The notes under the pieces: generated by a model
The model's input: the letters and a program-made list of their open reading frames with translations, nothing else
The model's database searches: none
Told to the model about the DNA's origin: nothing
DNA from: Candidatus Woesebacteria bacterium
GTDB taxonomy: Bacteria > Patescibacteriota > Microgenomatia > UBA8517
Length of the DNA: 64,000 nucleotides
Assembly: GCA_016432365.1 (NCBI GenBank)
Contig: CP066686.1
Span: 346,906 to 410,905, forward strand
Reading direction: 5' to 3'
Position numbers and translations under genes: made by a program
In this document: positions 9,698 to 20,058 of the stretch, piece after piece
Layout of the letters: each line of letters opens with the position of its first letter
Position numbering within the stretch: position 1 is the first letter of the stretch

Positions 9698-10388
9698 TAT
9701 GTCTGTTTTAATTTCTCTATCCAAAGTTACAAAAACGTATAAATTGGGGGATGATGTAGAAGTCTCAGCTCTCAGAGGAGTAGACCTCAATATTAATGAA
9801 GGTGAATTTGTAGCAATAATCGGTCCTTCGGGAAGCGGAAAATCCACCTTAATGCATATGATTGGGATCCTTGACCAACCGACTACAGGTACAGTTGAGT
9901 TGGAAGGAAAAAATATAAGTAAACTTACCGAAGAAAAATTGGCGGAACTACGGAATAAACATATTGGTTTTGTTTTTCAAGCTTTTAATTTGTTACCAAG
10001 GACTTCTGCTTTGGAAAATGTAGAACTTCCGTTAATTTATTCAGGAGACTCGGCTTTGGTTAGAAAACAAAAAGGTGAAGAATCCTTAAGGGTTGTTGGA
10101 TTGGGTGAGCGAATGGACCATACCCCATCTCAACTTTCCGGTGGGCAGCAACAAAGAGTAGCAATTGCTCGGGCACTAATTACTAAACCTAGTTTGATTT
10201 TGGCGGATGAACCAACAGGAAATTTAGACAGCAAGGCCGGAGACGAGATAATATCTCTCTTGAAAGATCTTAATAAACAAGGAAATACGATTGTTTTGGT
10301 TACACATGAGCGGGAAATTGCCGAGCAGGCAAAAAGGATTGTTGAAATTAAAGATGGCCAAATAATTAGTGACAAAAAAATCAAATGA
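9681..10388 (+). CDS. ABC transporter ATP-binding protein (MacB/LolD-like); true start is probably the ATG about 17 nt downstream
   Basis: Walker [10 protein letters not shown], signature [15 protein letters not shown], Walker [13 protein letters not shown]-loop. Confidence 0.9.
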   Translation: MLVTSLMSVLISLSKVTKTYKLGDDVEVSALRGVDLNINEGEFVAIIGPSGSGKSTLMHMIGILDQPTTGTVELEGKNISKLTEEKLAELRNKHIGFVFQAFNLLPRTSALENVELPLIYSGDSALVRKQKGEESLRVVGLGERMDHTPSQLSGGQQQRVAIARALITKPSLILADEPTGNLDSKAGDEIISLLKDLNKQGNTIVLVTHEREIAEQAKRIVEIKDGQIISDKKIK

Positions 10389-11587
10389 TACCTATTGGTG
10401 AAATTGTCAGACTTTCAATTCAAAGTCTGCTAAGAAATAAAACACGATCTATTCTTACCATGCTTGGAATAATTATCGGTGTTTCTGCGGTTATACTTTT
10501 AGTATCTATCGGTCAAGGTTTGCAAAATTATATTACACAGCAGTTTGAGTCTCTGGGAAGTAATTTGGTAATAGTTCTTCCCGGAAAAGTTGGTGGTGGG
10601 GGAGGTGGGTTTGGAGCCCCAAATATTGCAGGAAGCAAGTTGAGTTTGGGAGATGTGGATAAACTCTCCAGAATTGGTGGGGCAGTGGAGTCGGTCGGAG
10701 CGGGGATCGAAATGCCTTCCTCAGTTTCTTATCTTGGCAAAACAAAATATACAACAACCGCGGGGCTAACCGCGGAATATCAAAAAATGAGGAACCTTAC
10801 CGTTTCCTCTGGACGCATGATGTCCGAGAGTGATAATCGAGCCGGTAGAAACGTTGTAAATATTGGGCCGGGAATCGTTGACTCATTGTTCGGTGGGGCA
10901 AATCCTATCGGTAAACAAATAACTTTAGGTGGGCAGAAATTCCAAGTTGTCGGGGTATTAAGTAAAATCGGTTCCGGAGGATTCGGAATAGATGTGAATA
11001 GTTTTGTAGTTCTTCCCCTAACCACAGCACAAAAATTGTTCGGTATGAAGAGCGTCCAGGCAATTGGGATAAAAGCTAAAGATAAAGACAGTATTCCGGA
11101 AGTAATAAGACAAGTAAAAAAAGAATTGAGTAAAAGGTTAAAAGAGGATGATTTTTCTGTTGTAGACTCGTCAAGTCTGGTCGCGACAATTAATCAAATA
11201 CTTGGGGTTGTGACTCTTGCCCTCGGTGGAATCGCCGCAATTTCTTTAATTGTCGGCGGTGTGGGAATTATGAATATAATGCTTGTTAGCGTTACCGAGA
11301 GAACCAGGGAAATTGGACTTAGGAAAGCGGTTGGGGCCAAACCCAAGGATATTTTAATTCAATTTATAATTGAATCTGTAACCTTGTCTGTTGTTGGGGG
11401 AGGAATTGGCGTGTTGATAGGTTTTTTAGGAGCTCTTGCGATTAATCAATTTATCTCCACCACTGTTACTTTTTGGTCGGTTGCATTGGCCTTTGGAGTT
11501 TCCGCCGCAATCGGAGTAATTTTTGGCGTCGCCCCCGCCGCAAGTGCCAGTAAACTCAACCCAATTGACGCACTTAAATATGAATAG
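10385..11587 (+). CDS. ABC transporter permease, FtsX/MacB-type
   Basis: N-terminal TM, large periplasmic domain, C-terminal four-TM FtsX-like region; ATGA coupling to the ATPase gene. Confidence 0.8.
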   Translation: MIPIGEIVRLSIQSLLRNKTRSILTMLGIIIGVSAVILLVSIGQGLQNYITQQFESLGSNLVIVLPGKVGGGGGGFGAPNIAGSKLSLGDVDKLSRIGGAVESVGAGIEMPSSVSYLGKTKYTTTAGLTAEYQKMRNLTVSSGRMMSESDNRAGRNVVNIGPGIVDSLFGGANPIGKQITLGGQKFQVVGVLSKIGSGGFGIDVNSFVVLPLTTAQKLFGMKSVQAIGIKAKDKDSIPEVIRQVKKELSKRLKEDDFSVVDSSSLVATINQILGVVTLALGGIAAISLIVGGVGIMNIMLVSVTERTREIGLRKAVGAKPKDILIQFIIESVTLSVVGGGIGVLIGFLGALAINQFISTTVTFWSVALAFGVSAAIGVIFGVAPAASASKLNPIDALKYE

Positions 11588-11631
11588 CTATTCTGCTTGT
11601 AGCTTACCTGATTGCGCGCCATAATAGTTTA

Positions 11632-12681
11632 ATGGCAAAAGTTGCTGGAATAATAGTAGCGATCTTAATTATTTTAATTGGTTGGATATCAATTAAAAAC
11701 GGAACAATAAAAAATATAAATTCTGTTATTCCCAATATTCAAACTCAACTTTCGGATTACGTAATTCCCTCGGAACCCTTAAGCATCAAATTTATGCGTG
11801 CCCAAAATTATCCGGGAAGTGATATTAAAATAGAGGAGACACTCGCTCCTGGTTCAAATTATTCAAGGCACATAGTTTCGTATTATTCTGACGGTCTTAA
11901 AGAATTTGCCTTGATGACTATTCCCCAGAGTCCAAAACCCCAGAATGGATTTCCGGTAATCATTTTCAATCATGGTTATATAATTCCTGAAAAATATACT
12001 CCCGATGGAAATTACATAAGCTATGTCGATGCACTTTCTAAAGCGGGATATATTGTTTTTAAACCCGATTATCGAGGAAATGGAAAGTCGGAAGGAATTC
12101 CCGGGAGTTCATATTTCTCGCCAAACTATGCCATCGATGTTTTAAACGCAATTGGATCTGTTAAAAAATTTGTAGCTGCAGACCCTGGTAGAGTGGGTAT
12201 TTGGGGACATTCAATGGGAGCCAATATTGTTATTAGAGTTTCCGAAATTTCGCCGGAAATTAAAGCAACTGTCATTTGGGGAGGGGTAGTCGGAAGTTAT
12301 AGCGACATTCTTTATAACTGGCAAAACAGGGTTACATATAAACCTAATGCAGAAGATTTGTATTTACGGAATTTGGGCTCTCAGGATTTACTTTCCAAAA
12401 ACGGAACCCCATCTCAAAATTCAGCTTTTTGGAACTCAATAGACCCTACTACTAATTTGAATTTTATCAAAGCACCCATTCAAATTCATGTAGGTCTTGC
12501 GGATCCGCAAGTGCCACCGGACTTTTCTAAAAATTTATTTAATAAATTATCCGATCAAAAAAAACTTGTTGAATATTTTGAATATTCCGGCGCCAATCAT
12601 GATATCAATCAGTCTTTTGGCCTAGCTATGCAAAGGACAATAGAATTTTTTGACAGATATCTAAAACAACCTGAATTTTAA
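11632..12681 (+). CDS. alpha/beta hydrolase (dienelactone hydrolase/S9-like), membrane-anchored
   Basis: GHSMG nucleophile elbow, downstream Asp/His candidates, N-terminal TM. Confidence 0.6.
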   Translation: MAKVAGIIVAILIILIGWISIKNGTIKNINSVIPNIQTQLSDYVIPSEPLSIKFMRAQNYPGSDIKIEETLAPGSNYSRHIVSYYSDGLKEFALMTIPQSPKPQNGFPVIIFNHGYIIPEKYTPDGNYISYVDALSKAGYIVFKPDYRGNGKSEGIPGSSYFSPNYAIDVLNAIGSVKKFVAADPGRVGIWGHSMGANIVIRVSEISPEIKATVIWGGVVGSYSDILYNWQNRVTYKPNAEDLYLRNLGSQDLLSKNGTPSQNSAFWNSIDPTTNLNFIKAPIQIHVGLADPQVPPDFSKNLFNKLSDQKKLVEYFEYSGANHDINQSFGLAMQRTIEFFDRYLKQPEF

Positions 12682-12690
12682 GCCTCTCAT

Positions 12691-13293
12691 TCATTTAAGA
12701 ATAAATCCTTTCGAAGAACCGTAATCAATAAATCCGCTAATATCCAAAATTGTATTTTTGATTTTGCAGTTGTCAAAACCACAGCCAAATATTTTTGCTT
12801 CCCGAAAATCCGCTTTTTCTAAATTACATTTCTCGAAAACGCCATTCTCTAGAATAGATTTGTTGAAACTTACATCTGCTAAATCACACATAACAAAAAC
12901 ACTGGAAGTTAAATCTGTGTTTTCAAAATTGCAATTCCTAAGGTCAAAATTGCGTCTGTCGCTTTTGCTGCCCATCTTTAATTTTTGAAAAATACAATTT
13001 TTGGCAACAGCATCCGCAAAATTGCAGTTAGTTATCGATGCGCCTCCAAAGTCCAGAAAGCTCAACTTAGTACCCGGGAAAAAACAACCGGAAAATCCCA
13101 CGGATTCAAACATACTTTCCGAAAAATCACATGAATTAAATTTACAACTTTTAAAGTTTGTAAATTTAAATGTCAGAGCTATGAATTTACACGAATCAAA
13201 TACGTCATTTTCAAAATCACGTCCCTGAATTTCCTTTTCAATAAATATTTTTTTGTAATGTTTCATACTAATTTGATGACATCCTCCTCGCAT
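12691..13293 (-). CDS. pentapeptide-repeat protein
   Basis: tandem A(D/N)LxF-like pentapeptides across most of the length. Confidence 0.7.
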   Translation of the reverse strand: MRGGCHQISMKHYKKIFIEKEIQGRDFENDVFDSCKFIALTFKFTNFKSCKFNSCDFSESMFESVGFSGCFFPGTKLSFLDFGGASITNCNFADAVAKNCIFQKLKMGSKSDRRNFDLRNCNFENTDLTSSVFVMCDLADVSFNKSILENGVFEKCNLEKADFREAKIFGCGFDNCKIKNTILDISGFIDYGSSKGFILK

Positions 13294-13392
13294 TTAAATG
13301 CAAGGTTTCCCTTCAAGGAGGATGACATATCGGCATTCAATTCATCCCCAATTGAATCGGGGTTTTCTTGAATGCTGTTATAAAGACGCTAA

Positions 13393-14121
13393 TCATGGAA
13401 AGAGGGAAAATTTGATCCCAATTATCAGAAGAAAAAAGGCAACCACATATCTAAATTTTTCTTGTGGTATTTTACCGACCATTAATTTACCAATTTTTAC
13501 TCCAGCAATTGAAGCTAAAATAAAAAACGGAATTCCAACAGACAAACCATGATTAATTCTAGTTCCTCCGTTGAAGTAACCAAGAATTCGCGATCCGTCC
13601 ACCGCTGCGCCAACCAAACCTGTTGTAAAAACATAAATATCTTTGGGTAAATTAAATGATGTTAGGACAACGGCTCGAATCGCACCGCCTGCAACACCGG
13701 TTAATCCACCGAATAGACCAGAAAACGCACCACCAAGAAGTGCGACTTTTGTGTTGGGCGTTATCTTAAATTTAGGTCTAAGAAGAATATACGATACATA
13801 ACTTACTAAGAAAATACCAACAATACGTGATAAAACTTCAGTTGGCATTTTGAAAGTCAACGCTGCCCCTATATATGCAGCGACTATACCCGGAATTCCA
13901 AAGGCTAAAATTATTTTCCAGTTAAGACCGCGTTCAAACATAAATATTTTTGTGACGTCACTAAACCAGTGAACTAGACCAACGAATAACAATGTTTCAG
14001 GATACGGAAGAAAGAAAAGCATCACAGGCACCATTAACGTAGAGACTCCGAAGCCACTTATAGTTCCAAGTGCCGATGCGACAATTGTAAGGAGAGATAC
14101 TAGAAGTATTTCTATAACCAT
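13393..14121 (-). CDS. TauE/SafE (DUF81) family membrane transporter
   Basis: about 8 TM helices with duplicated glycine-rich repeats typical of TauE/SafE. Confidence 0.6.
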   Translation of the reverse strand: MVIEILLVSLLTIVASALGTISGFGVSTLMVPVMLFFLPYPETLLFVGLVHWFSDVTKIFMFERGLNWKIILAFGIPGIVAAYIGAALTFKMPTEVLSRIVGIFLVSYVSYILLRPKFKITPNTKVALLGGAFSGLFGGLTGVAGGAIRAVVLTSFNLPKDIYVFTTGLVGAAVDGSRILGYFNGGTRINHGLSVGIPFFILASIAGVKIGKLMVGKIPQEKFRYVVAFFLLIIGIKFSLFP

Positions 14122-14122
14122 A

Positions 14123-15319
14123 TCATTTCTTAATAAATAGAATTACGTTGGGTAGGTCTCGTCCAGGACCGGCTTTATATCCCCCGTACCAGAGAGCCGT
14201 GGAACCTCCGCTATCCAAATTTAGTGCATTTTCCATTCCCATTGCTTTCATTACGATTGCCGATTCGGCGACTGTAACGTTGTGTGCGACGCCTATATAG
14301 ACAGTATTACCTTTATTGGCTACAAAACTCCTATTCCCCTTACTCCCTTGTTTAGGATCGTCATTTCCACCAAAAGTGATGTTGCCTCCGGAAACCAAGA
14401 GCGGATAGTTACTTAACATACTGTCAATTCCCGTATCCCGTCCCCATTGGGAAACTGCAGATACAAATCGAACATAACTCCCTCCAAAAATAACTCCCGG
14501 GTTGGTGCTATATACATTATTATCGGAATTAAAATATGTTTTGTTTTTATTCATAAGTAATAGGTCAAACGAATTTGTTTTACCGGCGCATGTTGGATAT
14601 GTAGAAGGGCAAAAATACGACCCGTTAACCCCGGCATACGCTCCGTTTCTGGCTACATAAGTTGCCAAGGGGAGAACTGGACAGTCGTTTGCGCAAGTTG
14701 AATCCGAAGCGGTATCTACTATTACACGAGTTGATCCCAAATCTCCAGCTATTATATCAACCAGAAAATTTCCCCTATCTGTGGCTACTTGTTGTTTGGA
14801 ATACGATCCTGAGTTCGGTACAGATGTACTTACAGGTACATTTTTGGGAATTGCTGCGACGGATGTAGCTGCAATTCTGGCTTGTTCAGCGGCGATTTTA
14901 CTTGAAATCTCATCTAACCCCTTCTCTGCACCTATATAGTCTTGTTTGCCAAGAAGGACGAGAATGTTTGCAAACAGTGTATCAAGCCCTTTTATTTCCT
15001 TTGGTGGATTTTCCAGATCTAAAAGTTTTTCATAAATTGTAACTGCATGGGTAAATGTTTTTTGGATATTGTCAATTTGTTTTTTGAGTTCAGTGTTGGT
15101 CTTGTAAGGGTCTGCCGATTTGATATCTGTCAGTTCTTTATTTATCTCCTGAATAGTAATGGTATTTTTGGAGACTGTTGCTTTCAAAGCCGTATTCTGG
15201 AGGTAGAGGTTAACCGAATATCCAATCGACAATAGAAGTACAGCGCTTATTGCAACTAATGATATCGTCATCCACTTTTGCCCGATGAAAATTTTTTTAA
15301 TGTTTAAATTGATTGGCAT
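14123..15319 (-). CDS. secreted/membrane-anchored protein with a phosphodiester glycosidase-like (DUF2233/NAGPA-like) C-terminal domain
   Basis: N-terminal TM, coiled-coil region, C-terminal NLDSGGSTALW motif. Confidence 0.45.
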   Translation of the reverse strand: MPINLNIKKIFIGQKWMTISLVAISAVLLLSIGYSVNLYLQNTALKATVSKNTITIQEINKELTDIKSADPYKTNTELKKQIDNIQKTFTHAVTIYEKLLDLENPPKEIKGLDTLFANILVLLGKQDYIGAEKGLDEISSKIAAEQARIAATSVAAIPKNVPVSTSVPNSGSYSKQQVATDRGNFLVDIIAGDLGSTRVIVDTASDSTCANDCPVLPLATYVARNGAYAGVNGSYFCPSTYPTCAGKTNSFDLLLMNKNKTYFNSDNNVYSTNPGVIFGGSYVRFVSAVSQWGRDTGIDSMLSNYPLLVSGGNITFGGNDDPKQGSKGNRSFVANKGNTVYIGVAHNVTVAESAIVMKAMGMENALNLDSGGSTALWYGGYKAGPGRDLPNVILFIKK

Positions 15320-15323
15320 CGAT

Positions 15324-15848
15324 TCAATTTACCACAAATCTAGTATCTAAAGCCAACGGCAACACTTTTGAGTCAAGCATCTTTGTGGCAGTTTTCAAAT
15401 CCTTTTTACTTAGTGCCCTACGAATTTTTGTTGCAGAAATCTTGTTAGATTTTTCTTTTCTATCAATCAAAACTTTTGTCTTAAATCTTTCTGCCAGTAC
15501 TTTTAAATCTTCAACACTTCCGCCAAAAAAAGTAAATTTGGCTTTCATCCTTTTTTCCAATTCCTCAACACTATCCAACCATACATTGTTTGTGTCGTTG
15601 TGGAAAGTTATTAAATTGGGTTCCGGGTCGGGTAGGGGGAGAATTCTAATATTCGGATAAATAGAACGAATCATATTTTTTCGTTGACTGAAAGTATAAG
15701 GTGTGCGGGAGTTTATCGTGGTGGAAGACCCTATTATTATCAAAACGCTTTTCTCACCAAAGTCGTAAATTAATTTATCTACAATTTTTTGATGTCCAAG
15801 GTGGAAAGGACAAAACCTTCCGAGTAAGACTGAATACTCTTTCATCAT
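15324..15848 (-). CDS. nadM: Nicotinamide-nucleotide adenylyltransferase, archaeal NadM-type
   Basis: GRFCPFHLGH (H/T)xGH nucleotidyltransferase motif; 174 aa; C-terminal ISATKIR motif. Confidence 0.7.
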   Translation of the reverse strand: MMKEYSVLLGRFCPFHLGHQKIVDKLIYDFGEKSVLIIIGSSTTINSRTPYTFSQRKNMIRSIYPNIRILPLPDPEPNLITFHNDTNNVWLDSVEELEKRMKAKFTFFGGSVEDLKVLAERFKTKVLIDRKEKSNKISATKIRRALSKKDLKTATKMLDSKVLPLALDTRFVVN

Positions 15849-17839
15849 CGTTTATTTGTTGGCTGTTCATATGGTGACGCTTTCAATGCTGCAAGTAAAT
15901 CTTCAAGTTTAATTCTTGCAACTGCAACCGTGGTGTCTCCTGCCCCGTAGTAAACCAATAGTTGATCTTTTAGAATCACATATCCACAGGAAAAAACGGT
16001 TCCGGGACGAAATCCGCTCATTTCATAATTCTTTTCGGGTTCAAGTATGGGATAGTCTAAAAGATTTTTGATTGTTAAGGGATCCTTAAGGTCTAAAAGC
16101 ATTGCACCTAGTCGATATTTTAAGTCGTCTTTAGAGAGCCCGTGGAATATAAGCAGCCATCCTTGGGTAGTTCTAATTGGCGTCCCGGTTATCCCTACTT
16201 TTTCGGAGTACCATTTGTCGGACCTTGGTTCAAAAAGTATATTACCCTGAATCCATCTGCCGTCGCTAAAATCCATGGTGTCGGTATAGTCAATCCAAAT
16301 TCTGTGATTGGTTCTATGGAAAATTGCGTATTTTCCTCCGATTTTTTCTGGCAGAACACATGCGTTTTTGTCGTTTATCTCACGCGGGGAGACAATCATG
16401 GCTTTGCTCCAATTCCATTTTTTCTGCAAAAAATCATCTACACTAATAGTGCTAAAGGCTATATGGGTTGGGTCACCGTCTTTATATGCGGTGTAAAAAA
16501 GATAGAGTGTATCACCAATTCTAGTAATTCTGGGGTCTTCACAACCTAAAGTTTCGTAATCTTCTCGTGGTACATACACAGGTTTATCCAATCTTTCTTC
16601 AATGGTCACTCCATCAGTCGAATTCGCATAGCCCAGAGTCGATACATTGTCTGTCCCTTGGGCTCGGTAGAGAATGTGAACTTTTTCCTCAAGTACAATT
16701 GCAGTGGGGTTAAATGTATACATTGCTTCCCATTTGCTTAAGGGCCTTGGGGAAATAATCGGGTTTCCTTCAAATCTTGCTAAATGCGCCTTCATTGGCC
16801 TAATGCCTGCGCCGGTCTTTTCGTCAAAATACATGTTGTTAATAAGAAGGTCCAAATTAATCGATGCGACCGCGCTTACACTATCTGCCGCGCCATAATA
16901 AACGTATAAAATTCCGTCATTAACAACTGCCCCGCTTGGAAATATTACATATGGGACTTCTCCAAAAAGTTCATATTGCTCCTTCGGAGTAAGCAAGGGG
17001 TCTGTGGTTCGGGCCAGAATAGTCTGGGGATCGTCTGCTTTAAGAAGAACCGCCTCAATTCCAAATTTTTGATCAGAAGAAAAATAATCGCTGATGTACG
17101 AGTGGATCAAAAGCCATCCATATTTGGTTTTAATGGGTACTGCCCCAACTTCAACCTGGTGCGAACTGTCGCGTAGAAGGTCGATTTTATTGAGGTCAAT
17201 GTTTTTTTGCCACTTATCCCAATAATCCTCGGACCAAATGTCGTTAATTTCGTCAAAATAGGCGATACAAATTTTAGAAGGTGGCCTATCGGGATTAACA
17301 GTAATCAGCATTGCATATTTGCCGTTAATTTTTTCCGGAAAAAGGCAAGCAGCTTTGGCATTGAACGGGGTGACCAGGTGTTTTTCTTCGATAGTTTTAA
17401 AGTCGTGGGTTATCGCAACCCCAACTTTTATGCAATCAGCGTTATAGGGATAATTAGAAAGAGCGGTATAAAAGATATAATAGATATCGTCGATTTTTGT
17501 GATTCTTGGGTCTTCGCATCCATATTTTTCCCAATCGTACTCGGGTTCTATTAGTTGTTTTCTGTTTACAAAATGTATCGGGTCTGGAGAATTTGCGTAC
17601 CCGATTGTTGAAAGTTTTATTTCTTTGTCAAAATATGGCTTTGCTTTTGAAAGCGCCCTATAAACCATGTGATACAAATGTCCGTCTTCGATAACTGATG
17701 GATTAAAACTTGCCTGGTTTTCCCACCTGTTTGTGGCAGAAGGGGATAATATTGGATTTTCGAATGATCTAGTTAGCTTTAACATTAAAATTAGATAGGT
17801 CCTCTGTCCCAATACTGTCCAAATGCGGCGAATTGTCAA
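15845..17839 (-). CDS. Tandem two-domain GH130-family glycoside phosphorylase (mannoside-phosphorylase-like); true start is probably the internal Met near 17785
   Basis: two repeats of the GH130 signature (FNPSVIEDGHLYHMVYRA and FNPTAIVLEEKVHILYRAQG), each followed by CEDPRIT. Confidence 0.7.
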   Translation of the reverse strand: MTIRRIWTVLGQRTYLILMLKLTRSFENPILSPSATNRWENQASFNPSVIEDGHLYHMVYRALSKAKPYFDKEIKLSTIGYANSPDPIHFVNRKQLIEPEYDWEKYGCEDPRITKIDDIYYIFYTALSNYPYNADCIKVGVAITHDFKTIEEKHLVTPFNAKAACLFPEKINGKYAMLITVNPDRPPSKICIAYFDEINDIWSEDYWDKWQKNIDLNKIDLLRDSSHQVEVGAVPIKTKYGWLLIHSYISDYFSSDQKFGIEAVLLKADDPQTILARTTDPLLTPKEQYELFGEVPYVIFPSGAVVNDGILYVYYGAADSVSAVASINLDLLINNMYFDEKTGAGIRPMKAHLARFEGNPIISPRPLSKWEAMYTFNPTAIVLEEKVHILYRAQGTDNVSTLGYANSTDGVTIEERLDKPVYVPREDYETLGCEDPRITRIGDTLYLFYTAYKDGDPTHIAFSTISVDDFLQKKWNWSKAMIVSPREINDKNACVLPEKIGGKYAIFHRTNHRIWIDYTDTMDFSDGRWIQGNILFEPRSDKWYSEKVGITGTPIRTTQGWLLIFHGLSKDDLKYRLGAMLLDLKDPLTIKNLLDYPILEPEKNYEMSGFRPGTVFSCGYVILKDQLLVYYGAGDTTVAVARIKLEDLLAALKASPYEQPTNKR

Positions 17840-19607
17840 ACTTAAGTGCGTCCAAAAATTCGTTTACATTGGCCATGGCGGCTGCTATATATGTGTCGGA
17901 AGCGCCATAATAAACAATTAGTTTTTCATCAATTACTACAGCCCCGCACGGATAGACTACACCAGGTTTAAAACCCGAATTTTCATAATGTGCTGCAGGT
18001 TCAAGTATTGGACGGCTTGATCTATATAATACTTTTGTTGGGTCTTTCAGGTCCAGTAGCATCGCTCCAATCTTGTAAACTCCGTGATCAAAACCCACGG
18101 CTTGATAAATGGCAAGCCACCCATCCTTAGTTTTTATGGGTGGTGGCCCGATGCCGACTTTTTTACTGTCCCAAAAATTCGGTCGTGGGTGGATTCTGAA
18201 TTCACCGGAAAGCCATGCACTTTTTCCGTCGAAATCCAAATCATCGACAAAATCAATTAATATATCCGGGTAAATTCTATGGAATATTACGTATTTACCG
18301 TCAATTTTCTCCGATAAAATACATGCATTTTTGTCTACAACTCCCGGGGGTGAAATTAAAACTGACTTTGCCCAGTTTTCCCATTTTTGATTTTCGAAGT
18401 CTTTGGTTGAAATATAGGTGAGTGCCACACGGGGTTCGGATTTGCCGTTATAGGCAACGTAAGTGAGGTAAAATTTATCATCAATTTTAGTTATCCTCGG
18501 ATCTTCAATTCCGCCGTAGCCACCGCCACCCGACACAAACGGTGATGTTTTAATCGGGATATCGTAATTTGGATGTTCAAATTCCTCCTTGGGAACATAG
18601 GCAGGGGTCGAAAATCTGCTGTCGACGTTTACACCGTTACTGCTTGTTGCATACCCCAAAACAGAGGTGTCGTGATCTCCAATAGCCCTGTAGAGAAGAT
18701 GGACTTTTTCGCCGTGATAAACCGCAGCGGCGTTAAATACCTGTTTTGATTCCCAGAGATTGGAACTTGGAGTAATTATCGGGTTGTTTAGAAACCGTAT
18801 TAAAGTTGCATGCGGAAGCGGTGAGCCGCTTATTACATATTCTTCGACCGGTGTATGAACTACACAAAAAACTCCTTTTTGTTCCATTTCCCAGTAAGAA
18901 TAATATGTGCCTCCGTATTCGATAATGCCGACCGGTTTTATCGGTTTCCCTGTCCATTCCTGAGGGGCTTGCCAGTAGGCTTTTTCAGTTTTCCACTTAA
19001 CAAGAGTCGGATCTAATGGATCCAGATTAACAATCCAAATTGAATAATGGTTATGGCCTTCATGCTCTTCCTCCCGGAAGTACGTCATGACAATACCTTC
19101 CGGAGTCTCTTTAACGGAACCCATCGTATAATGGAATTTTGAGGCCGGTAAATCAACTTTTTTTATATTCCACCTTTCGTTGTCTTCCGACAGGCCAACA
19201 TTCAGCGATGTTCCACCAAAGAAAACAACAGATTGATCCTTGTGCTTGAAAAACGGAACGGAAATTGCGGCCTCGGTAATAGGGAAAAGACGTTTTGAGC
19301 CTTTCCAATGGCAAAAATCGGTTGATGTGGCCATATTCAAATATTTATGCCCAGCCTTTTCGGATAGGTATAAAAGTTGATAAATATCCCCGGTTTTTAT
19401 CGAGTTAAACGAAGAAGTTCCCAAAATTGCTTCCGACGAACTTAAACCCTCTATCGTGCATTCATCAGTATATTTATTGAATATTTTACCATCGGTACTA
19501 TAATCCATTCGAAAATTTGGAGACTTGTTTTGGGCGGGGTTATAGCAAATAAATATTTTTTCGTCGAACGAGGCTACACCCAATGTTTTAAATACGTTAT
19601 CTTCCAT
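17769..19607 (-). CDS. GH130-family glycoside phosphorylase with an additional N-terminal beta-propeller-like domain
   Basis: C-terminal half carries FNAAAVYHGEKVHLLYRAIG and IEDPRIT GH130 motifs; paralogous to the neighbouring gene. Confidence 0.65.
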   Translation of the reverse strand: MEDNVFKTLGVASFDEKIFICYNPAQNKSPNFRMDYSTDGKIFNKYTDECTIEGLSSSEAILGTSSFNSIKTGDIYQLLYLSEKAGHKYLNMATSTDFCHWKGSKRLFPITEAAISVPFFKHKDQSVVFFGGTSLNVGLSEDNERWNIKKVDLPASKFHYTMGSVKETPEGIVMTYFREEEHEGHNHYSIWIVNLDPLDPTLVKWKTEKAYWQAPQEWTGKPIKPVGIIEYGGTYYSYWEMEQKGVFCVVHTPVEEYVISGSPLPHATLIRFLNNPIITPSSNLWESKQVFNAAAVYHGEKVHLLYRAIGDHDTSVLGYATSSNGVNVDSRFSTPAYVPKEEFEHPNYDIPIKTSPFVSGGGGYGGIEDPRITKIDDKFYLTYVAYNGKSEPRVALTYISTKDFENQKWENWAKSVLISPPGVVDKNACILSEKIDGKYVIFHRIYPDILIDFVDDLDFDGKSAWLSGEFRIHPRPNFWDSKKVGIGPPPIKTKDGWLAIYQAVGFDHGVYKIGAMLLDLKDPTKVLYRSSRPILEPAAHYENSGFKPGVVYPCGAVVIDEKLIVYYGASDTYIAAAMANVNEFLDALKFDNSPHLDSIGTEDLSNFNVKAN

Positions 19608-19743
19608 TTTATGAAATTAATACCTCGACATTCAAGTTAACCACATACAGATATGTTTTTGAATGGCCATTTCGGATCAATATTTTTTAAATATGATAAT
19701 TATCTAATGTTACTATTTAGTAACACAAAATTGAATAAGTAAG

Positions 19744-20058
19744 TTATGCTTTGCTATTTTTGAGGACTAGCGCATTCTTTTTAGTCTTGGGCAATCGCTT
19801 TATTTCCGCTTCCCGTTTTAGAGCCTCAGATCTTGTAGAGAATTCTTTCTGGTAAATAATTTTTTCAGGCTTGTGGCTCTTAGTATAACGTGCCCCACGA
19901 CCTTCAACATGGTCCTTGAATCGTTTTTTGATATTGTTGGTAGAGCCTGTGTAGTAGCTACCGTCTTGGCAAAGCAGAATGTATACAAACCACATAATTT
20001 TACTGCCTATTCTCAAACCATAAAGGATTCTCGATTTTGTTTCCGTGGCGGTAGTCAA
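19744..20058 (-). CDS. GIY-YIG nuclease superfamily protein (YhbQ/UPF0213-like); probable start at the internal Met (about 19995)
   Basis: MWFVYILLCQDGSYYTGSTNNIKKR GIY-YIG motif; the conserved family N-terminus begins at the internal Met. Confidence 0.65.
   Translation of the reverse strand: MTTATETKSRILYGLRIGSKIMWFVYILLCQDGSYYTGSTNNIKKRFKDHVEGRGARYTKSHKPEKIIYQKEFSTRSEALKREAEIKRLPKTKKNALVLKNSKA

Noticed and set aside
17785-17839. Overlap between the two GH130 genes and the N-terminal extension MTIRRIWTVLGQRTYLILMLKLTR
   Set aside because: It is likely a start-codon over-extension in the six-frame track. An internal Met (MLKL...) gives a conventional short overlap.
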